Source: Candidatus Oxydemutator sp.
Lineage (GTDB): Bacteria; Pseudomonadota; Gammaproteobacteria; Poriferisulfidales; Oxydemutatoraceae
Direction of reading: 5' to 3'
DNA length: 64,000 nucleotides
NCBI GenBank assembly: GCA_965203445.1
Contig: OZ241883.1
Location: 1,120,001 to 1,184,000, forward strand
Shown: piece by piece, positions 59,582 through 64,000 of the stretch
Layout of the letters: every line of letters starts with the position of its first letter
How positions within the stretch are numbered: position 1 is the stretch's first letter
The notes under the pieces: model-generated
Database searches by the model: none
The model's input: only the letters and a program-made list of their open reading frames with translations
What the model was told of the DNA's origin: nothing
Made by a program: the position numbers and the translations under genes

Positions 59582-60859
59582 ATGAAAATCGAAAGCATCC
59601 GTCTGCGAAATTTCAAGTCTTTCAAAGAGGTCGAGATAAAGCGAATTCCCGACTTTTGCGTGATCGTGGGCGCCAACGGCACCGGCAAGTCCACGCTGTT
59701 CGACGTCTTCGGCTTTCTCAAGGACGCGCTGACCGACAACGTCCAGATGGCGCTCTCCAAGCGCGGCGGCTTCCGTGAAGTACGCACGAGAACCTCCGAT
59801 GGGGCTATCGAGCTGGAAATCAAATTCAGATTCAAAGCCAAGGAAAAGGAAAAGCCGAAACTCGCCACCTACCTTCTTGCGATCAACGAGAGAAACGGGG
59901 AGCCCGTCGTCGAGCGCGAGGAGCTGCGTTATCGGCGCGGCAGCCATGGCCGACCGTGGAGATTTTTGTCTTTCGCCTGCGGCAAGGGAGAGGCGGTCAT
60001 CAACGAAATTGATGACGTCGAAAGCGAGAAAGACCTGAAGCGCGAGCAGCAGGAACTCGCCAAGCCCGACATACTGGCGATCAAAGGCTTGGCGCAATTT
60101 CGGCGCTATCCGGCGGTTATGGCACTTGGGCAGACGATAGAAAACTGGCACCTCTCCGACTTCCATATCAGCGACGCCCGGTTCAGCCTTCCGGATGCCG
60201 GTGTCGCCCCGCATCTGTCACGGGAAGGAGAGAATCTTGCCTTGGTGACGCAGTATCTTTATGACCACCACCGAGAAAAATTTAACGACATATTGGAGCG
60301 CATGACCAGGAGGGTTCCAGGCATATCGAAAGTGCAGGCAAAGACCACGGAAGAAGGGCGGGTGCTGTTGAAATTTCAGGACAGCGCGTTCAAGGATCCA
60401 TTTCTGATGAGATACGTCTCCGACGGAACCATCAAAATGTTCGCCTATCTGGTGCTGCTGTACGATCCCTCTCCGCACCCGTTGTTGTGCGTCGAGGAAC
60501 CGGAGAATCAACTGTATCCCAGTCTGCTTGCGGAACTGGCGGAAGAATTTTCGAGCTACGCGCGCGATGATCGGCAGGTTTTCGTTTCCACCCACTCTCC
60601 GGATTTCTTGAACGCCGTCGAACTGGAAAGCGTATTCTGGTTCGTGAAAAAAGACGGTTTTACCCAAATCAGGCGTGCGCAAGACGACGCCCAAATTGCC
60701 GCCTTCATAGAGGAAGGAGACCAGATGGGCTATCTTTGGAAAGAAGGCCTCTTTGAAGGGGCGCACCCCGGATTTGAACGCCGTGGAGTGGGGATTGGGG
60801 ATCGGCAATTCGACGGCGTTCGCCGACTGGCCCGACTGCCACCGTCGAACGAACCTTGA
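59582..60859 (+). CDS. AAA_21/ABC-type ATPase (defence-associated type)
   Basis: MKIESIRLRNFKSF, GANGTGKST, SDGT, LCVEEPEN, VSTHS. Confidence 0.88.
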   Translation: MKIESIRLRNFKSFKEVEIKRIPDFCVIVGANGTGKSTLFDVFGFLKDALTDNVQMALSKRGGFREVRTRTSDGAIELEIKFRFKAKEKEKPKLATYLLAINERNGEPVVEREELRYRRGSHGRPWRFLSFACGKGEAVINEIDDVESEKDLKREQQELAKPDILAIKGLAQFRRYPAVMALGQTIENWHLSDFHISDARFSLPDAGVAPHLSREGENLALVTQYLYDHHREKFNDILERMTRRVPGISKVQAKTTEEGRVLLKFQDSAFKDPFLMRYVSDGTIKMFAYLVLLYDPSPHPLLCVEEPENQLYPSLLAELAEEFSSYARDDRQVFVSTHSPDFLNAVELESVFWFVKKDGFTQIRRAQDDAQIAAFIEEGDQMGYLWKEGLFEGAHPGFERRGVGIGDRQFDGVRRLARLPPSNEP

Positions 60860-60921
60860 CACCGCGCGTTTGCGGCAACGCGCGGGCTTCCTCTATACTT
60901 ACCCGCGTGCGCACGATTCGG

Positions 60922-61011
60922 GGAGAGGTACCGAAGTGGTCATAACGGCGCTGACTCGAAATCAGATGGTCGGTTTTTGCCGGCACGTGGGTTCGAATCC
61001 CACCCTCTCCG
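60922..61011 (+). tRNA. tRNA-Ser (CGA), CCA not encoded
   Basis: GGAGAGG...CT-CGA-AA anticodon loop, variable arm, GGTTCGAATCCC, CCTCTCCG. Confidence 0.93.
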
Positions 61012-61045
61012 CCGCGCCGTGAGCGTCCGCCGCAGCGAGAGCAAA

Positions 61046-62767
61046 ATGTCTCAAGAACGAAACCAGACAGGCTTTGAAAAAGTCCATTTGGAACCGGGAA
61101 ACCAGACGTTTTCCGGGGTGATGGCCAATGACAAAAAATACATAATCCCGAGATTTCAGCGCGATTACTCGTGGGAAGAGGGTCATTGGGAAGAGTTGTG
61201 GCAGGACGTCGAGCACATGCGCAAAGATCGAAAGCAACACTTTATGGGGTATCTGGTCTTTCAGGAGCAAAAGGGGAAAACGTTGCAGATTATTGACGGC
61301 CAGCAACGGTTGACGACTTTGTCCATTGTAATCCTGGCGGCGATTGGCAAGCTGAAAAAATTGATTGCCGACGAAATAGAACCTGATGCAAATGAAAAGC
61401 GAATAAAAATCTACCGCGACACCTATGTCGGTGTTTTCGATCCCGTGACCTTGACGGTCAAACCGAAATTGGCCCTCAACCGGAATAATGATGGGCACTT
61501 CCGCACCATTGCGAAAGCTTCGGCGGTAACCACGCAACGCAACGTTACCGTGATAAACCGGCGGCTCAACAAGGCGCTTCGGTTTTTTCAATCCAAATTC
61601 GAGTCTTGTAAGTCCGGCGAAGAAGTAGCCGCGATTCTGGCCGACGTTGCGGACGGCCTGCTTTTTACAACCATCACCGTACAGAATGATCTGAACGCCT
61701 ATATGGTTTTTGAGACTCTCAATGCCAGAGGGCTGCATTTGTCCACGCCCGATTTGTTGAAAAATTATCTGCTCTCGACGATGGCGACTGATGAGGCATA
61801 TTCAGAAGAGCATTTTGTTGATTTTGAGGAACAATGGGCCGGTATTCTGGAGCAGCTGGGGGAGACGGAATTTACCAACTTTCTGCGTAGCTACCGCGGA
61901 ATGCGGAAAAAACTCGTCAGTAAAAAAGACTTGTTCCGCCACTTGAAAACAGACGTGGACCAGCCTGACCAGGTCACGCCTTATCTGGAGGACTTGAAAA
62001 AATACGCTGCCGTCTATGCCGCGTTACAGAACCCCAAAGATGATTTTTGGGAGGAACCTGACGGCGAATACAAAGAGGCGGGCCGACATCTGGAAGCCTT
62101 GGATCTGTTTCACATCAAGACCCCGCTCAGCCTGATGATGGCGGGGTATGAAAAATTGTCACCCGCGGATTTTTTGGGTTTGCTCCGCTATATCGTTATT
62201 GTTACTATTCGCTACAACGTGATCTGCGGGAAGTCTCCCAATAATCAGGAAATCTTGTACAACCGCATGGCCAACGAACTGATGCACTCCGAAGTCGCCT
62301 TGCGCGATCTGATCGCTATGCTCGAACCTGCGTATCCCGGAGATAAAGAATTCGAGAACGCATTTACGTCAAAAACCATGCCGAGCCGTCAATCCAACAA
62401 GAAAATCCTCTTTTTGTTGAGAAAAATAGAACGACATCTCAGCGGCGGCGATGAACCGCCCCGCACCCTGACGCTGGAGCACGTCCTGCCGTTTTCTCCG
62501 GCCGACGCGTGGCAAGAGTATTTTGGCAGAGAAACTTATGAAAACGCGACGGATCGGCTGGGCAATATGGCTTTGCTGGCGTCGAGGGAAAACATGGGGC
62601 AGGAAAGCTTTACAAAGAAAAAGGGGGTTTTGAAAAACAGCCCCTACAAGATAAATCAATGCATCGCTGAATATGCGGAATGGAACATGGACAATTTGGA
62701 TTGCCACCAAAAATGGTTGTCAAAGCATGCCAAAGCCATATGGAGAATACCTCAGCTCGAGCAATAA
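61046..62767 (+). CDS. DUF262-DUF1524 (GmrSD-like type IV restriction) protein
   Basis: IPRFQRDYSW, IIDGQQRLTT, FETLNARG, LEHVLP...LGNMALL (HNH); low GC. Confidence 0.9.
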   Translation: MSQERNQTGFEKVHLEPGNQTFSGVMANDKKYIIPRFQRDYSWEEGHWEELWQDVEHMRKDRKQHFMGYLVFQEQKGKTLQIIDGQQRLTTLSIVILAAIGKLKKLIADEIEPDANEKRIKIYRDTYVGVFDPVTLTVKPKLALNRNNDGHFRTIAKASAVTTQRNVTVINRRLNKALRFFQSKFESCKSGEEVAAILADVADGLLFTTITVQNDLNAYMVFETLNARGLHLSTPDLLKNYLLSTMATDEAYSEEHFVDFEEQWAGILEQLGETEFTNFLRSYRGMRKKLVSKKDLFRHLKTDVDQPDQVTPYLEDLKKYAAVYAALQNPKDDFWEEPDGEYKEAGRHLEALDLFHIKTPLSLMMAGYEKLSPADFLGLLRYIVIVTIRYNVICGKSPNNQEILYNRMANELMHSEVALRDLIAMLEPAYPGDKEFENAFTSKTMPSRQSNKKILFLLRKIERHLSGGDEPPRTLTLEHVLPFSPADAWQEYFGRETYENATDRLGNMALLASRENMGQESFTKKKGVLKNSPYKINQCIAEYAEWNMDNLDCHQKWLSKHAKAIWRIPQLEQ

Positions 62768-62820
62768 TAACCGGCTGAAGTCTCGCTTGCGCAGGGAATA
62801 AATCAGAAGCTTTTCAATCT

Positions 62821-62891
62821 ACCTTCTCCCTCTGGGAGAGGGGTGCCACAGGCTCGTAATGTAACCCTCTCCCCCTAGGAGAGGGTGGGCC
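62821..62891 (+). repeat. Double-hairpin REP/MITE-like repeat (supplies the MTase stop codon)
   Basis: CCTTCTCCCTCTGGGAGAGGGG...CAGGCTCGTAATGTAACCCTCTCCCCCTAGGAGAGGGTGGGCC. Confidence 0.8.
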
Positions 62892-63747
62892 GCATCCTTC
62901 GGGGGTCGTAGACGGGTCTGTTCATCGGGCGGGTGGCCAGCGTCCCCGCCATTTGCCGGCGGATGCGCTCGCGCGCCAACTGCACATAGGGTGCGCATAT
63001 TTCCGCTCCGGCACCGCGCCGGTCGTGTCTCAGCGCCGCGATGATGGTCGTTCCCGTCCCCAGAAACGGATCCAGCACCCAATCGTTTTCGGTGGTCATC
63101 GAGAGCACCAGCCGCTCGATCAACTCGACCGGAAATTGGCACGGGTGCCCGGTCTTCTCCACGTGGTTGTTCTTGACGTTGGGAATGACCCAGACGTCGC
63201 CCGGATTTTTGCCCAGCGGGTTGCAGGAATACTCGCCGGCGCGCGGGCCTTTGAAGTATTTTTTGCCGGGATATTTCTGCGGAACCCTGACCGCGTCAAG
63301 GTCAAAGACGTAATCGTCGCTTCTGGTGAACCACAGGACGGTTTCGTATCTTCCGGAGAAGCGCTTGCTGCAATGCAGCCCGTGCTCGAAATGCCAGACA
63401 ATCCGGTTCCTCAGTTTCAGGCCGTGGCGTGCGAACAGCGGGTACAGCACCGTGTCCAACGGGACGATGGCCCCGTTTTCGACGGTATTGCCGACCTGCC
63501 AGCAGATACTGCCGGACGGGGAGAGAACACGGATGCACTCTTTGATAACCGCATCCTGCTCTTTCAGGTAGGCGTCCAGTTTCAGCTTCTTTTCGTACTC
63601 CTTGCCGAGATTGTAGGGGGGCGACGTAGCCACCAGGCGGATCGCTTCGTCGGGTATCCGGCGCAATAATTTTCTGCAATCCCCCGGGAACACGACGGCC
63701 CGTCCTTCGGCGGAGAACTTCTCGAGGATGGGGAGGGGTCGGGTCAT
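62875..63747 (-). CDS. Site-specific DNA methyltransferase (N4-C/N6-A, beta class)
   Basis: TSPPYN motif IV precedes HPCQFP and LDPFLGTGTT motif I. Confidence 0.92.
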   Translation of the reverse strand: MTRPLPILEKFSAEGRAVVFPGDCRKLLRRIPDEAIRLVATSPPYNLGKEYEKKLKLDAYLKEQDAVIKECIRVLSPSGSICWQVGNTVENGAIVPLDTVLYPLFARHGLKLRNRIVWHFEHGLHCSKRFSGRYETVLWFTRSDDYVFDLDAVRVPQKYPGKKYFKGPRAGEYSCNPLGKNPGDVWVIPNVKNNHVEKTGHPCQFPVELIERLVLSMTTENDWVLDPFLGTGTTIIAALRHDRRGAGAEICAPYVQLARERIRRQMAGTLATRPMNRPVYDPRRMRPTLS

Positions 63748-63804
63748 CGGAGGGTCATCGGCGTTGCCGTCGGGCGCCGACGGCCGGATGATTTATAACC
63801 CGGC

Positions 63805-64000
63805 TCAGAACGTCAGTTGCAGGCCGACGCCGGTGTGAAAGTCGGAGTGGTGCATTGCGCCTACGGACAGGGTTTTGTTGATCTCCCAGAACAGGCCGAC
63901 GTGGTATTCGTCCTCGTCGTCGAACTTGTATTTCCAGTGGAGGCTGGCGCGCTCCGTCAGTTGCAGCTCGGAGTGCAGCCGCAGGCTCAGGTCGTTGTCG
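63805..64000 (-). CDS. C-terminal beta-barrel fragment of an outer-membrane or CopA/CopB-like protein (partial)
   Basis: Manual translation ...HSELQLTERASLHWKYKFDDEDEYHVGLFWEINKTLSVGAMHHSDFHTGVGLQLTF*; terminal Phe beta-signal. Confidence 0.5.
   Translation of the reverse strand, partial: DNDLSLRLHSELQLTERASLHWKYKFDDEDEYHVGLFWEINKTLSVGAMHHSDFHTGVGLQLTF

Overview
High-GC gammaproteobacterial chromosome segment; orphan RiPP precursors, DUF1640-type coiled coils and REP-like repeats would fit a marine or sponge-associated lineage (inference only). Gene order: partial tatD and a CarH/LitR-like MerR regulator divergent from dinB; a retropepsin-like protease and an O-antigen-ligase/TPR protein; a type II secretion cluster (gspC-D, exeA-B, gspE-N) with rhodanese and rhombosortase; a histone H1-like gene, 6S RNA, zapA and a zapB-like gene; pepP-ubiH-ubiI and tpx; two orphan RiPP precursors (Nif11 and NHLP leaders) around a porin; an fwdD-fwdB-fwdA-ftr-fwdC operon followed by ferredoxin and ferredoxin-NADP reductase, divergent from pntAA-AB-B; moxR and tRNA-Ser; nudB-yebC-ruvCAB-tolQRAB-cpoB-queE-queC with no pal; yeeE, an OMP, rpsI and rplM; and a small defence-type island around a second tRNA-Ser. 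Most unusual: a 1371-bp element (11112-12482) carrying only a TnpB with intact catalytic motifs, but bounded by 25-bp terminal inverted repeats and an 8-bp target duplication, which are IS1595/ISNwi1-like rather than IS200/IS605 ends. It is inserted in a coiled-coil gene whose reading frame is restored when the element is removed. Second: the formylmethanofuran dehydrogenase keeps its Mo/W-cofactor features and is linked to Fd/FNR/transhydrogenase genes. All calls come from reading motifs by eye; no database searches were run.
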